From Octopus sinensis (Eukaryota): DNA of 64,000 nt. Below the pieces are notes generated by a model that was not told where the DNA came from, made no database searches, and worked only from the letters and a program-made list of their open reading frames with translations. Every line of letters begins with the position of its first letter. Position 1 is the stretch's first letter. The stretch spans positions 160,208,001 through 160,272,000 of the forward strand of contig NC_043000.1 in the NCBI RefSeq assembly GCF_006345805.1. Reading direction: 5' to 3'. Both the position numbers and the translations under genes were made by a program. Positions 41,700-55,780 of this stretch are shown here, in pieces.

Positions 41700-42600
41700 A
41701 AGTTATCTTAAAAACAAAAGGGATATTTCATTAGGTCACTAACGAACTTATTACGCCCCTGTTTTGGTATTACGTTTCCAATGAAAGATAAGCTTTGAGA
41801 AATAGCAAAAGGTAGAGAAATATCATCGGAGTTAAATCGTATCCGAATGGTAGATTAGTGGCCAGTGATTGAGCCTCTTCATCTTGATACGTACTGATAA
41901 ATATCAATATTGTTTGCTTTTAACCCCGTCTAAGTATCCTCATACCGAAGAACTCTTATTCCATTATCAGCGAAATATTGTATGCTTTTATTCTAACTAT
42001 AGCATTTAGAATTTACCTTCTAATTGCATCCTACCCATAATGGAGAGATTAGAAATTATTTGTTTGAAAGGCCAAGTTACGCTATTTGTTAAGTTTTTGG
42101 TATAATTCGAATAGTCTGTTGTGTCAGATGCTTTGGTAAAATTAATGTCTTCTCTGTCAACCCTTGATATAGGTTGCCATTTCTTTATAAATAGGTAGTA
42201 TGCCTATAAGAGTTTATATGCCAGCTTTTATTGCTGACAGGTATAATTAATGTTTTTAGCTTATTAGTCTTCTGTATATAACAAATTTTCAAAGATGTAA
42301 TGTTAACTAATAGGTTTCAGAGATGCCTAACCGGGTTGCGTTCTACTTCCCAAATATACTACCATTGCTTCCTTCGTCGTAAATTATTTGAAAGGTATTT
42401 AAGGCTAATAAGAGATTAGCAAAGCTAACTATGGAAGTTCTGTAGAAGGACACTTGTTTGCGTCAAGGCAGCTTGCAGTTTCAGCTATTTTTTTGGCATC
42501 TTAGGATTATATATGTTGGATCAGAAGTGAGGAGCTCTTGATAAGTAGAATATGTGAGAAGCACTTAATTTAACTAAGGTGAATTTTCGTGCAGTATTCA
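41700..42600 (-). mobile_element. Very degenerate CR1-like RT remnant
   Basis: VDREDINFTKASDT resembles the D..Y.DF.KAFD motif; many stops. Confidence 0.25.
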
Positions 42601-44268
42601 TTGAGATTGGAATTTTCTGAAAAATAAAACTCCTCAGAAGTATTTCAGTGAAACATCATACACATCATCTACAAATATTATGGTCTATTTCTCGAAATGA
42701 TTAACAGCAATGTGATGGTTAGAAGGTCGCATTATTTCTCAGTAAAATTATTCTGTTTTCTTCTTTCTGACAGTTTTTTTTTAGAAATAGTCACACTAGT
42801 CTACTTCCAGCAGTATAATTTTCTTTTTTTTTGTTTTCACTTTATAATAAAGATATCAATTTTCGAGGAGGCAAATTTATGTTTTCTCTTTATGATATCA
42901 GATAAAACAATATTTACAGGGTGCACAAGAACAAACATCAACTTATAATGATATATAAAGTAAGCCAAATAGATATTTAAGAGAAACAACGTAGTAGAGA
43001 TGTTATACATAGGTATATGAATGTATAACTATATACAAATATAATTATATAGACATAGTCATCGTAGCTGGGGAGCAACACTGCGGATAAGGTAAATAAT
43101 ATACATGAAATGTATGTTCAACGTTAGTAGTTAGGTCATTCTCTTTAACAGATATGAACATATGAACACATACACGCATGCACATACGCATATATATATT
43201 ATACATCATGTGTGTACACACATATATATACGTACACATATACACACATACATTGACACGCATATGCATACATGCATACATACACACATGCATGCATAGG
43301 TATATGGGTTACTGACACAAACAACGAAACACTCGCGCCAAATATTTTGCACACAAACAAAATCACCCAACAAATTTTGTCCCAAGAATTACGGAGCCAA
43401 CGTACTTAATTCCATAATTATGGGTCGTAATATGCTTGGGCACCCAACAGAAATATTATGACTGTTACGGTAGCCTCCACTAAACCAACTAGCATTTGTG
43501 CCACCGCTAAAAGTATAAAGACTACAACCGCAACAACACCGATATCTCAAAGACCATCAAGATTATTGCCGGTACAATTATTTCCGGCCCGATCACCAAC
43601 AGCGATCAGCAAAACCAGCATCACCATCATAACTGTAAGTTAACAGTAACTACTGTCAAAATCACGACCATCATAATGACTATGAATATCGCAACCTTCA
43701 ACATCAAAATTATCATCACCAGCAAGAAGTCCACTTGGCACCTCTACCATCATACTGATCATTAATATAACCATTCAAAGCAAAACGTCGTTGTATTATC
43801 ACGTCTATATTATCTCCGTTACCATTAGGGAGACAACAAATCATATTCAGTACTCATTTTCCAGCGACATAATTGTATCTGATCGATTTGTCTCCCAAAA
43901 CACATAGGTCTATCTTGTTTTTACTAAATAGTTGCCATTTCTTTAGAACAACTATCGTATAATTCTCCTGTCGCTCATAGCGGGAGTTCGTAACAAATTA
44001 CCTCACCGTTCCTGTCTAGCTGGTTATGGCGTTACAATGTCCCATAATATTTCTACACACACACACACACAGAACCCCCATATAAAATTAGAGAGAGAAG
44101 GGAAAAAGAAAGGCGCACATGCAGACACTTGCAAGCATTAATAAATATATGTATATTGATTTCAAACACGAACAGAGATATTCATATACATACATATACA
44201 TATATATGTATGTACTGGCTACCTGGTAAAGTCCTTACTGATTTTGCCCTATATTATTAAAATATAAG

Positions 44269-44346
<78 letters not shown>

Positions 44347-45538
44347 TACGCATATATTTTGATTTTGTTTTCACGAATTCGATAAACGAAAGAAAAACCC
44401 TAATGAAGAGTTCGCTAAATTTCTGACTACCTCTTTTTTCTCAATGTACGCATATATATATATATTTATGCATGCAGTAATCCCTCAACTTAACTTTGAT
44501 AACTTTGATAGGTTTCGAGAAGTATAGGCCCCAGGCCATGTCTAACCTAATAGCACTACCTGGTGAATATATCTATTTTATCATAAATGCAAAACACCAT
44601 GGAGAAATCGACGTAAGCTTAAATAATAAACCGCGAGATGGCGGGGGATTACTCTAGACATAAACACGTATACTCGTATATAGTAATATGAGAATAGCTG
44701 TCTGTTATATTGAAACGGAGAACCACACTAATATGTGTACGAGTGACAGAGAGAGGAGGGGGAATTTCAATTTTAAACGTGGAAATGAACAAGTACTTCA
44801 TATTGGTTGTTGACTTTATTAAAGTTTTTGTATCTCAATTATATCCCTGTGCTACCACGATTCTGTTTTCAAGCACCAGCTAAGATTTCGAGTTAAAACT
44901 ATGGCCTGAAATACATCTTAAACATCTACATGTAAAGCTTCCAGTGAATTTCCAAGGTAAGACTTACCATATCATTCTACCCTTTGTTGCTTGGGAAATA
45001 TATTGTGTTACTGAATTGCTGAGCTACTGCATTACTCTTTGTGCTAATCAGAGGGCAATTTATGGCCTGTCGTCTATTTCAAAAGCCATTTATAGAATAC
45101 AAATATATAGGTTCTAATAGTACAAGTGATATCGGATATTCATTCGTAAAGAATTATCTGTTTGTAGCTTTAAGTGCCAAAACAAATATTTATTCTTGTG
45201 CATATAATATTTAATATTTAGGCTTTCTAGCTGTTGTATTAATACGAAACCTGTTTCATTGTAGTAGGAACACATGCATCTTTTTTACAGCTTGAATGAG
45301 GTGATCTCATTTCTAAAACGTAGGAGAATATGTTGGTGGGTTTACTTCAATTATATTCCATTATTCAGAAGTATTGGAACACTGAAAGTAATGTATTTGT
45401 ATAAATAAGGGATTTCGGTTCCCTAATGTCTTTACTGTGACGCAGAGCTAATTTTCCCATTTGCTTACTGCTAAAGGGCCCTTGTTGAGATACATCAGCA
45501 CATTTCTTAGAAATTTTCATCTAAAGTATTACATATAC

Positions 45539-45738
45539 CTGAGCCGCAGTTGATTTACAGTGGAAAGTTTACTGTGGAGAGTTTGGTCATTTTTCACTTG
45601 GTAAATTATTTCTATAAATGTCCAATGTGGTTTTGGTGAAACTTCCGGTGCAATTATAACAAACATTTCCGTTGTATTTTGTTGCATCGTGTTGAGTTTT
45701 GGAGAGAAGTAACAAATTACCGAATATTTCGCTTGACA
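45539..45738 (-). CDS. Candidate internal exon of unidentified extracellular protein
   Basis: ttag| to CAG|gtatat; 66 open codons CQAKYSVICYFSPKLNTMQQNTTEMFVIIAPEVSPKPHWTFIEIIYQVKNDQTLHSKLSTVNQLRL; loose resemblance to IgGFc-binding N-terminal domain motifs (by eye only). Confidence 0.3.
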
Positions 45739-46513
45739 CTAAATGTTTGTACATCTATCTTGTGTTTACTGCTCTTCTACTTACTGTATCACGTGCAATA
45801 TTAAAGAAAAGTATGTATTTAGACCACGTTTTTTAGTTCATTGTTTCAAGTCTTTAGAGCACGACTGAAAGAATATTCGACTGAGGCTAATGGACTTTAT
45901 GAGGTAAAGCATAAAATAAAAGGTGGGCAACGACTTCCAACGAATACACACACACACACACACACATAGACACACACATACACACACATACACACATACA
46001 CGCACACACACACACACGCACACATACATGCTGTATGTCTATGTATGCAAGTTCTATGGCTTTTTTTCCGGCTTCGAATATTTCTAGCAACAGTTTTGTA
46101 CTTGTACACATCATTGCTTAGCGCTGCCTCCCCGTCCCATTTATTTGCGGTGAGTCACTGAATCGTGCAGTCAGTCATTTTGAGATGACGGTAATAACAT
46201 AACAGGGACCTGTTCTTCGTGCCAGTTCGCAGCATCTGTCTTTCCGGTCTTTGTTGCTGAAGGGGAGATAACCACTCCGAAATGCATGCTCTCAACGGTC
46301 TGGTTACGATTTTCTGTGAACTGACTGTGCACTGACTCGATATATTTACACCTATTTGTCTACAGCGAGAAATGTTCTCGGGGACCAAATACAACGAATG
46401 GCTTCCTAACGGGTTCGAATGTTTCAGAAATATTTCAAATGGTTACAATTTTGTATTCATACAGATTACTGTTTAGCACTGTTAACTTATCAGTCTGAGT
46501 ATCTATCTATCTG

Positions 46514-46601
<88 letters not shown>

Positions 46602-46746
46602 ACTACGATGTTTCGGGATCCGCTTCATTGCACGTCACCTTGTACAAGTACGTCCTACTATAGGCCTCGGCCGACACTTTCCCTTTTAAGTAAATTTGGT
46701 AGACGGGAACTGGGTGAAAGACCGACGTGTATATATATATATAATA

Positions 46747-47473
46747 CGTGGTCTGATCAGTATATATCCAGACTATCGCTATACGAACGACACTAAAGCA
46801 CACAGAATAAAGCCGCATGGCACAGATTTACCTTGAACTCTGCTGTGCATGCGCACTAGGTTTTAACGTTCTAGCTCGCTGCCGCAATTTACAGCAGTAC
46901 TTGGAAGGAAGCGTATGATAGTCGCATTGACCACGAGAGAGAAAGTTGAACAGAGAATCTGCATCAAACTTTGCCAAAAGCTTGGCCATACCACACGCAC
47001 CTCATACCCAAATCTTCAGTGATAATGGACTGAACTAATGAACCGTAACTAATCTGCACATCCTCACGGATGGTGATTCGACGATTTTCCCTCACAGATG
47101 CACGTACATCTGTAATGTTTTTCTCAGTTCTGGTACTTGTGGGTCTGCCAGAACGTTCGTCAATATCGTCATTTTTTCGGCCATCTTAGAATCGCCTCAA
47201 CCACCCTTACTTTTGTGCTGCTCATACACTCCTTTCCATACACTTTCTGCAACTTCGAGTAGGCCTCTGAGCAGGTATCACCATGACAACCTTCTCTGCC
47301 ATGGTCAGTGCGACGACCACACGCAACACACCTTCCTTCCAAGCACTGCTGTAAACAGTGGAAGTGAGGTAGAACGTTAAAACTTAATGTGAATCTTTGC
47401 TATGGGACTTTACTCTGTGTGCTTTAGCTTCGTTACTATGGCAACATTCTAAATACTTATTAATCAGATCTCG
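46747..47473. mobile_element. Non-autonomous mariner derivative made of two inward-facing 5' ends, TA-flanked
   Basis: TA|CGTGGTCTGATCA...TAATCAGATCTCG|TA; left part encodes EKVEQRICIKLCQKLGH on +, right part carries the transposase N-terminus (homologous to 29790-30030) on -. Confidence 0.7.
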
Positions 47474-47476
47474 TAA

Positions 47477-47549
<73 letters not shown>

Positions 47550-47898
47550 ATAGATAGATATTTCGATAAATAGATAGATAAAGAGACACGGAAAGAGATA
47601 AGTATGTAATTATATATCTGTATAGGTATGTGCTCTTCGATTGCACACTGACACCGCTTGAAAACCGGTGTTAGTTGATCTTCGTCCCCGTAACGTAGTA
47701 GCTCGGTAAGTACCAGATGATTTTAAGAGTTACTAGAGTTGTTTTGTTTATCTGAACACTTCAAGACCTATACAGTCATAATACTCTTAAAATTGGACTT
47801 ACCTAATATTGTGTTGTAGTATGGGCCTGACATTTTGATAGTTGCTTGATCAGTAATGCACCTACGCATACAATTGACTAATTTTCTAATCTATTTAT

Positions 47899-47940
<42 letters not shown>

Positions 47941-48069
47941 TTATGCACGTGTGTGTGTGTACATGTGTGTCTGTTCGTGTATGTGTGTGTGTATCTGTTT
48001 GTGTATGAATGTGTGTGAGTCTGTATGCATGTGTGTGTATTTTGTGCCTATGTCCATAAGTACATATAT

Positions 48070-48465
48070 TACTCTTTACTCTTTTACTCTTTTACTTGTT
48101 TCAGTCATTTTGACTGCGGCCATGCTGGAGCACCGCCTTTAGTCAAGCAAATCGACCCCGGGACTTATTCTTTGTAAGCCCAGTGCTTATTCTATCGGTC
48201 TCTTTTGCCGAACCGCTAAGTGACGGGGACGTAATCACACCAGCATCGGTTGTCAAGCAATGCTAGGGGGACAAACACACACATATACATATATATACAT
48301 ATATATGACAGGCTTCTTTCAGTTTCCGTCTACCAAATCCACTCACAAGGCATTGGTCGGCCCGGGGCTATAGCAGAAGACACTTGCCCAAGATGCCACG
48401 CAGTGGGACTGAACCCAGAACCATGTGGTTGGTTAGCAAGCTACTTACCACACAGCCACTCCTGC
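48070..48465 (-). mobile_element. tRNA-derived SINE, same family as 4447-4852
   Basis: Near-identical sequence. Confidence 0.85.
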
Positions 48466-48928
48466 GTATCTATATTTATAAATTTGGACGTGCACTATGG
48501 TTCTAACGAAAGATGATTAAAAAACCAATTAATACTTGATGAAGACAATTCCTTGCAAAAAGGAGTAAACAATTAAGAATTCCTTATAAATGAACTCCCA
48601 TTATCTGTGTTTAAATAATTATTCATTTCGAAACCCCGTGCAGTCTCATGTACCAGTAATAACGTTCTCATACAACACACTTGAAATTTGTAAGGAGATC
48701 TCTCTATATGAAACACTTGGTAGCCTTGCTAACCCACAAATAAAGTGTAGACACACACATATAAATATATGTGTATATATATCTCACACATACACACGCA
48801 CACATACACATACTCATATAGAAATACAGCCCACCGTTTCGTAGAAATACCACAACTGCTTTTGATTTTCTTATATACACAAAGTTATATTAGTGTTGCT
48901 GCTTCTTGGTTACATTTTATTTCCATAG

Positions 48929-49432
48929 TTGCAATGTTTATTATTATTCCGAATATGCTTCATGCCCGTTCGAAATGGGCAAAAAGCTACTCGTTGCGTT
49001 TTGTCGCGGAGAATATATGTCGCCTGTTGATAAATGGTGTGTATACACCTAGACCAGCTCGCACTGACATCTACATAGATTGTGAGATGTTAACATTTCT
49101 ATGTAGTTATCACCTTATTGGACACAAACACTAAGCAGACGACACAGCGAGCAGAATTAAAATACTACCTTTCCTATACTTTTCCTGTCAGCGTACGATA
49201 ACTGGCAGCGCTATACGTGCCGTCTGCTTACTGTCTGTGATAAGTGAGGAGATAACTACTCCGAAATGTTAACATCTCACAGTCTAGGTAGGTGACGTTG
49301 CGAGCTGATCTAGGTGTATACACAACATTTGTCAACAAGCGAGATATATTCTCCGTTACAAAACGCAGTGAGTAGCTTGTTCTCCAGTTCGAATGTGCAT
49401 CAAGTATATTCGGACTGATAATAACATTGCAA
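48929..49432. mobile_element. MITE-like element with about 170-bp imperfect inverted arms
   Basis: 48929-49100 is the reverse complement of 49260-49432; a related half-element lies near 46230-46430. Confidence 0.7.
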
Positions 49433-50552
49433 TTTGATCTATCACTGCTTAGTGTTCAGGTGTAGCTCAATAAATGTACTTATAGATGGAAATCTAGCCA
49501 AGTGCAGGAAGACACTCTGCATATTTACATACATTCACACAGATGGAATTACACTTATACATACACACACATGTACAGACACAGACATTATATTTCAGTG
49601 AAACAGTAGAAAATATAAGCAGATGTAAGACCAAATATTGGCATTTAATAACACTCTTGTGTTGAAATGTACGAATATATGTAAGTTTCAATGGCTGTCT
49701 CGATTTTCTATGTAAAATTGTAAATAATATACATTTAAAATGAAGAAATAATGAAAGTAAAACAAGTTTATCACAATGAAATATTAGATTTCATGGTTTG
49801 AATGTTTAGCCACAATTTGGGAAATTATATTTAGTTCTAAATCCCATGTTTGGTCGAAAATTCCTGTAATTTTCAATCTAATCTCTTAACATTAATTGAA
49901 GTATCTGATATTCAAATTAAAACTAAATAAATTACTTAAGAAATTCTATCAGCTTTGACAGCTCGATGAGTGTTCTTAATTAATACCAATATAATTTTTT
50001 ATATTGACTTTTGAATTTATTTTTTATTAAAAATTTTCCGTGCTATTTAATATCTTATAACATCGTGTTTTAGTATATACACCTCTATAAGTGGGTATGC
50101 ACGTTTGACTCGCTAAAACACAGTCTCCCTTTTTCTATTTCTTGTGTGTGGGTGTAAATGTGAGGATCTGTATGTTGCCGAATGCGTGTGTATACAACAG
50201 AATGGAGGACAACAAAACAGACACAGAGAGATAGAGTAAGGGATAGGCGAGTGTTTCTCACATATGCATATTGTTGTGCGTGCAAATGTAAGTGCATACC
50301 TGGGAGACAGTTGCAAGGTAGGTTGGAAAAGGTACTCCTTTACAAATTATGTTGAATTACTGCAATCTAGAAATGCATTTGAAAGAAATCCCACACAAAG
50401 CTTTACTAATGAAGTCTATAGCAAGAGATGATAAAAGAAAAAATATCTCCATCTTATATCCGGTCTTAATTAGATGTCCTAAAAGGAAATCTAAATGAAA
50501 CACTCATTGCGTATACTTATACACACTCACACACACACATATATATATACAC

Positions 50553-50592
<40 letters not shown>

Positions 50593-50624
50593 GTGGGTGT
50601 ATGTGTATGTATATGTATATATAA

Positions 50625-50697
<73 letters not shown>

Positions 50698-51096
50698 CAT
50701 GTGTGTGTGTGTGTGAGCAGAGAACTTTAATTAAATATATTCTACGAATAATAACTTTCATTATGAATATATTTTCAACGAGATGCTGCAAATTAATACA
50801 GTGCGTAAAATAGCGAACAGTTTGAGGTCAGATCGGAGATTTAATATTAAGAACCTTTCGTTTAATCCCTTAAGCTGATCTTCTAATATATCTACATGTG
50901 TATACATACACACACATAATATTTACATATACATATATTTTACATATTCATATATGCATGTATGCATATAACATATATACATAATTATATATAATGTATA
51001 TATATATATATCAAATATATATTATACAAATGCATATATATATGTATAATACTTATTATATATATATGCATACATATTCATACATATGCATATATA

Positions 51097-51166
<70 letters not shown>

Positions 51167-52419
51167 GTGTGTATGCCTGTGTGTATTTATTTATTTGTGT
51201 ATACTGTGTATTCAGAGCCAAAAGCCATGATAATAGTGTCGCGTGGTAGTAGTTTGCTGGCGCATAACATGAATAGGAAATCTGTAATGTTAAGTCTTCA
51301 ATTGTTGCTTTAGAAGCTGTTTGACGTTCAAAATATAAAGTTGGAGAATTAAAAAAATATTTTTTGTTGCTTTTACAGAATATATTCTCTTTTGAAACAT
51401 CAAAACTTTTCCATAATTTTCGAACGAAATTTTGAATGTCCTCCCCTCTAATTACAACTACTTTCAAAAATTTAGACTAATTACGTTTCGTGAAGCAAGC
51501 CAGTAGATGAGCGTGCACGAACTGGGTTGACTTATGAGATGTAACACACAAATGCCGCTCATGTTGCATACTACGAGGTAAAACACAGAATAATCTAATC
51601 TATAAAATGAAGAAGGTGAACGTTGATACAAATTGGATTTTTATGTAAAAAGGGGTCTAAATGGGGCCGGAAGGGGATTAAAATTTACAGGAGTGGGTAA
51701 CTTGAGGTGAGAAATTGATTGGGAGACGTTTTGGGGCGCTACAGTAGTTGCTTTGGTGTGAAAACGGGGATTTTATTGATTTTTGGGGACATTTGGGGCT
51801 CTAGGTTAAACACCTTTTGCTTGATTTCAATCAAATTTTCAACATGGTAAAGTGGAAGCAGAAAATGGGTTCGAAATTTTGAAAATTAAGGCAAGATTTT
51901 TGAAGTTGAAAAGAATTTCTCATTTTTACGTATTTTTGCCTTTTATTATCTATTGTTTACAGTATTCATGTTTTTCTGAAAGAAATTTACAGCTGCATGT
52001 AGCCCGTGTTTACAGCTTTCATTTGCATGTTCAATCGTCGAAAAATTCCCAAAATACGTACTAAATTTAACAAAGAAATCCTATTTTAAAACCTTCGATT
52101 ACATTAATATTCGAATTTTTGTAAATAAGCAGTGTATTTGTTTCCCAATATTTGTTTCCCGTATGGAAAAGAACACTATACATACATATTGTTATATCGC
52201 AATACTAGACCGCGGTTGTGTGTGGTACGAAATCCTCGTCGCCACAGTTATATCGCACGTTCGGATGACCTCTACTCAACACCGACGTCTAGACTTCTCC
52301 CTCTATATCTACGTATTGCGCTAGCCTACTTCATCGTCTGGGGACGTCCACACAACACATACATACATGCATACATATACATATATTTTTCAATTCAATA
52401 TATATATATACATGCATAC

Positions 52420-52487
<68 letters not shown>

Positions 52488-52513
52488 TTCTGTATGTATA
52501 TATATATTATATA

Positions 52514-52580
<67 letters not shown>

Positions 52581-52787
52581 CACCATGTTGATTCGCTAGC
52601 TTCTGCACGCTTTTTTTTCTCTCCTTGTTTCTCTCCGTTTTTCTTTTCTGTGTATCTTTCTGTTGAAGAGCGTAGGCTCGAAACGTAAAAGACTTGTTTT
52701 ATTTATATTCCTGAGCGCCATACTAATACAATTGTTTGTTGTACTCCACCTGCCTTCGTCTTTTGTTTATTTTCATAAAGCTTCCCG

Positions 52788-52789
<2 letters not shown>
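52581..52789 (+). mobile_element. About 210-nt TA-flanked repeat with hammerhead-like motif (52655-52692), copy 2
   Basis: tcttt-CTGTTGA-a-GAGC(gtag)GCTC-GAAA-CG-TA-aaaga. Confidence 0.75.
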
Positions 52790-52826
<37 letters not shown>

Positions 52827-53669
52827 TATTGCACAAAATTGTTCAAATTTTAATTCCAATAACTATTAAGCAAATAAAAAGAAAAATTAACTACATTTGT
52901 ATTTTGTAAAGTAAAACTAGAATGAAATGTTATATTCGATATACACGCAGTCGTTCAGATACACCGGCACAAATTCAGACAAACGCTTCCATATCCAGGC
53001 ACATATAGCATAAATACATACCATGAGAAAGATATGTGAATGTATTTTTGTGTATGTATATGTAATCTATGTTCACCCACACACACTCACACACACACAC
53101 ATATATGTACCTGTGTATAGTTGTGTATGTTGGTGTGAATGCGGAGAGCATTTACAATTGCATATTTATGTGCTTGATTTTCATTGCTTCTTTATATATG
53201 GATTTGTGTTGAATAAATCTTTACGGATTTTCATCCAATGTACGTTCCTCAGCCTTTAATATCACATTTATAAGTCACTTTATGAACTGTAAGGTTTCAC
53301 AAATTAAATACTAGTCTAATGATTGCTCTCCGTCATTGTATCTAAAGTCCGGATCTAAAGCAATACATTGGTTTAAAAATGAATGATTGGTAGACTGGAA
53401 ATTCTGCATTATATCTTATAGCAAATTGTACACACATATAAATATAAACTGGCATAGTCTCGCATACACGTACATACACACACTCACACACGTACATCTG
53501 AACACTCACGGATTGCTGAACGTCTCTGTTTCAAAGGAAAAAAATTATCTATGTTCTAACTGTACATTTTATTAGAAGCTGGATCTTCTAATAATATATA
53601 GCTGAATTATTTCACCTTTCCGAGTATTCGAACGATCAAATATGGAGTGCAGCATTTCTATATATATAT

Positions 53670-53870
53670 GCCCGGCACTAGTCGCCATGATGGATCGGTA
53701 GCCACTACACACATTTTTTCTCTCCTTTTTTTTTTCTGTGTCCCTTTCTGTAGAAGAGCGTAGGCTCGAAACGTAAAAGACTTTTTCTATTCCTGAGCGT
53801 TATACTAATACATCTGTTTGTTTTGTACACCACCTGTCGTCGTCCTTTGTTTTTTTTCGTAAACTCTCCC
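53670..53870 (+). mobile_element. About 200-nt TA-flanked repeat with hammerhead-like motif (53744-53780), divergent subfamily
   Basis: cttt-CTGTAGA-a-GAGC(gtag)GCTC-GAAA-CG-TA-aaag. Confidence 0.7.
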
Positions 53871-53912
53871 TATATATATATATAAGCAAATATGTTTATA
53901 ATACATCGAAAC

Positions 53913-54217
53913 CTGATGAGTCACCCATATTTGATATCGTGAATAAGGTTTTTGTAAATGAACTTTTACAAAGATATGTTTAACAGCTGCCCACGAGAGA
54001 TTAAAATAAAGCTCATGCTGCAGTGTGGGCAAATACTCATAGATACATACAGAAGAGTTTTTTGTGTATGTGCTAGACACTTTTAACTTAATATTGGCTG
54101 TGGAGGATAAAAAAATTGATGCAAGTGTATCCCTTTGTAATGCCACATCATAAATTTTATCATATGTATGGTCTACGGAAAAATGGATTTTATGAGAGTT
54201 AGGAAGATCCTGCAGTA
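53913..54217 (-). CDS. Candidate exon, possibly a divergent F-type lectin/discoidin-like domain
   Basis: Acceptor tgatcatttcag|, about 100 open codons of non-repetitive sequence (within ORF 53805-54230), donors TGG|gtgact or CAG|gtttcg; DVALQR..AS...C...ELYFNL....KHIFV...YQIWV loosely follows the FTP-domain pattern. Confidence 0.4.
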
Positions 54218-54707
54218 CTGAAATGATCATTTAAATTTCATTGTTTCTTGTAGCATAGTATTACCTTTCCTATTTTTGCATTCCTCTCGGGGACGTAGAA
54301 ATCAGTTTAGGATCTTCGGCAGAAGGCTTAATTTAACAAAACGACATTCAAGTGAGATAATTATCAGATAGATACAAGCCGTAAACTGACGTACTCAATC
54401 AATATGAAAGCGACACAAGAACAGGTCTTAAAAAAGACTCCAGCAAAGATAAATAGGAGTTCTACAGATTTCGAATTCGCAAATGGGAAAGAATAGTTAA
54501 AAGGAAAATAATTTGCCTTCCACAATTAATACAAAATCAACCAAAAAATAACAAACGGGGGTCGTTTTGACTTGGCAATCAAAATTATGATTTTCAGCAC
54601 TCTATTTGAATGTTTGGAGAAAATCTGCGACCTTACTGTTTATATTTTGCTCATGATAATCTCAGCTGGTTAGTCAGAACGAATTCTGAGATCCATTTCC
54701 GACTCAC

Positions 54708-54774
54708 ATCTTCCATAACAGCATCCCCTCCTAAACAGTGCGTATCTTCCTGCAGTTTCCCTGTGTTTTCTTGC
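54708..54774 (-). CDS. Candidate short exon upstream of 53913-54217
   Basis: Acceptor cctttccatttttcaaaag|, donor GAT|gtgagt; the phase 0-1 reading is compatible with the next exon. Confidence 0.22.
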
Positions 54775-55055
54775 CTTTTGAAAAATGGAAAGGCATATGG
54801 TGTCAATAGTGTTCGCTTTGGATCTCTTTTTCTACGGTAATCCCAAGCACAAAAAATACAACCTGTTTCGTCGCAAGTTCACGTCGAACTACGATAAAGT
54901 ATGCAGAATTTATCGAATGCTCATGCGCAACTGACTGGTTAAATTTAACTACTTATTAGACTGCTTGAAGTTAAGTGTCGAAGAAACAAATGGACGAACC
55001 TTTTAGATTGTTGCTTGAACCCCGTAAATTTCACTTGTGAAGAAATGCTGTCTTT

Positions 55056-55352
55056 TCAGTGTAGCGCTTCTTTGTAGGAAACGTTTCTCGTTTTCCCTTC
55101 TGATGCACAAATGTATAGATTTTGTGGCCTGCCGACACGGGAGCCTCCAACGTAAAGTTGACCGTGGGAGAACACTTGCTCTGTGACATTTAAACCAACC
55201 ATTTGCAATGATTGGTCCTGTGCCTTATTTATTGTCATTGCAAAGGAGAGTTTGATAGGAAACTGAAGTCGCTTAAACATGTAGATCGCATCGGAAGGAG
55301 TGAGGGACATGTGAGTTATAAGAACACCATGACCAGCTGCCGGTCCATTCAA
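55056..55352 (-). mobile_element. Helitron PIF1-like helicase C-terminal fragment
   Basis: FKRLQFPIKLSFAMTINKAQDQSL..VGL....FSHGQLYVGGSRV...KTRNVSYKEAL is the classic Helitron helicase motif V-VI terminus. Confidence 0.93.
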
Positions 55353-55689
55353 TACTATTGGACCTCTGTCTAATCACATCTTTTAAGGTACACACACATA
55401 CATAGAAAATGTGAGGTCATGGTAGAAAATTTTTACGATAGTTGATTTATAGAAAAGGTTAAAAAGAAAATGAGGACAAAAAGCACCTGTTTTTTCTCAA
55501 TGAAAAATCGTTTCCTAGTAGCCGGAATTTCGTGACAAAATGTATGTTTATTAAGCACAACAGTCTGCAGCGCATGCCGCTGGGCATTAAAAGCCAATCG
55601 CACAAACCTAGAGGGGCTCTGGGCCCACTTCAATCGATAAAAAATCACTCTTTTTGTCATAGCAACCACATCTTTATAGCTTGTATAGC

Positions 55690-55780
55690 TATAGTATAGG
55701 TGTTACGCAATGGGACTGAACCCAGAACCATGTGTTTGGAAAGCAAGCTTCTTATCACACAGCCACTCATGCACCTGTGT
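55690..55780 (-). mobile_element. SINE head fragment
   Basis: gggactgaacccagaaccatgtg...cacacagccact matches the head of the 4447-4852 family. Confidence 0.6.

Noticed and set aside
53913-53945. CTGATGAG-TCAC...GTGA hammerhead-like start
   Set aside because: No GAAA or stem III; lies antisense to a candidate exon end.
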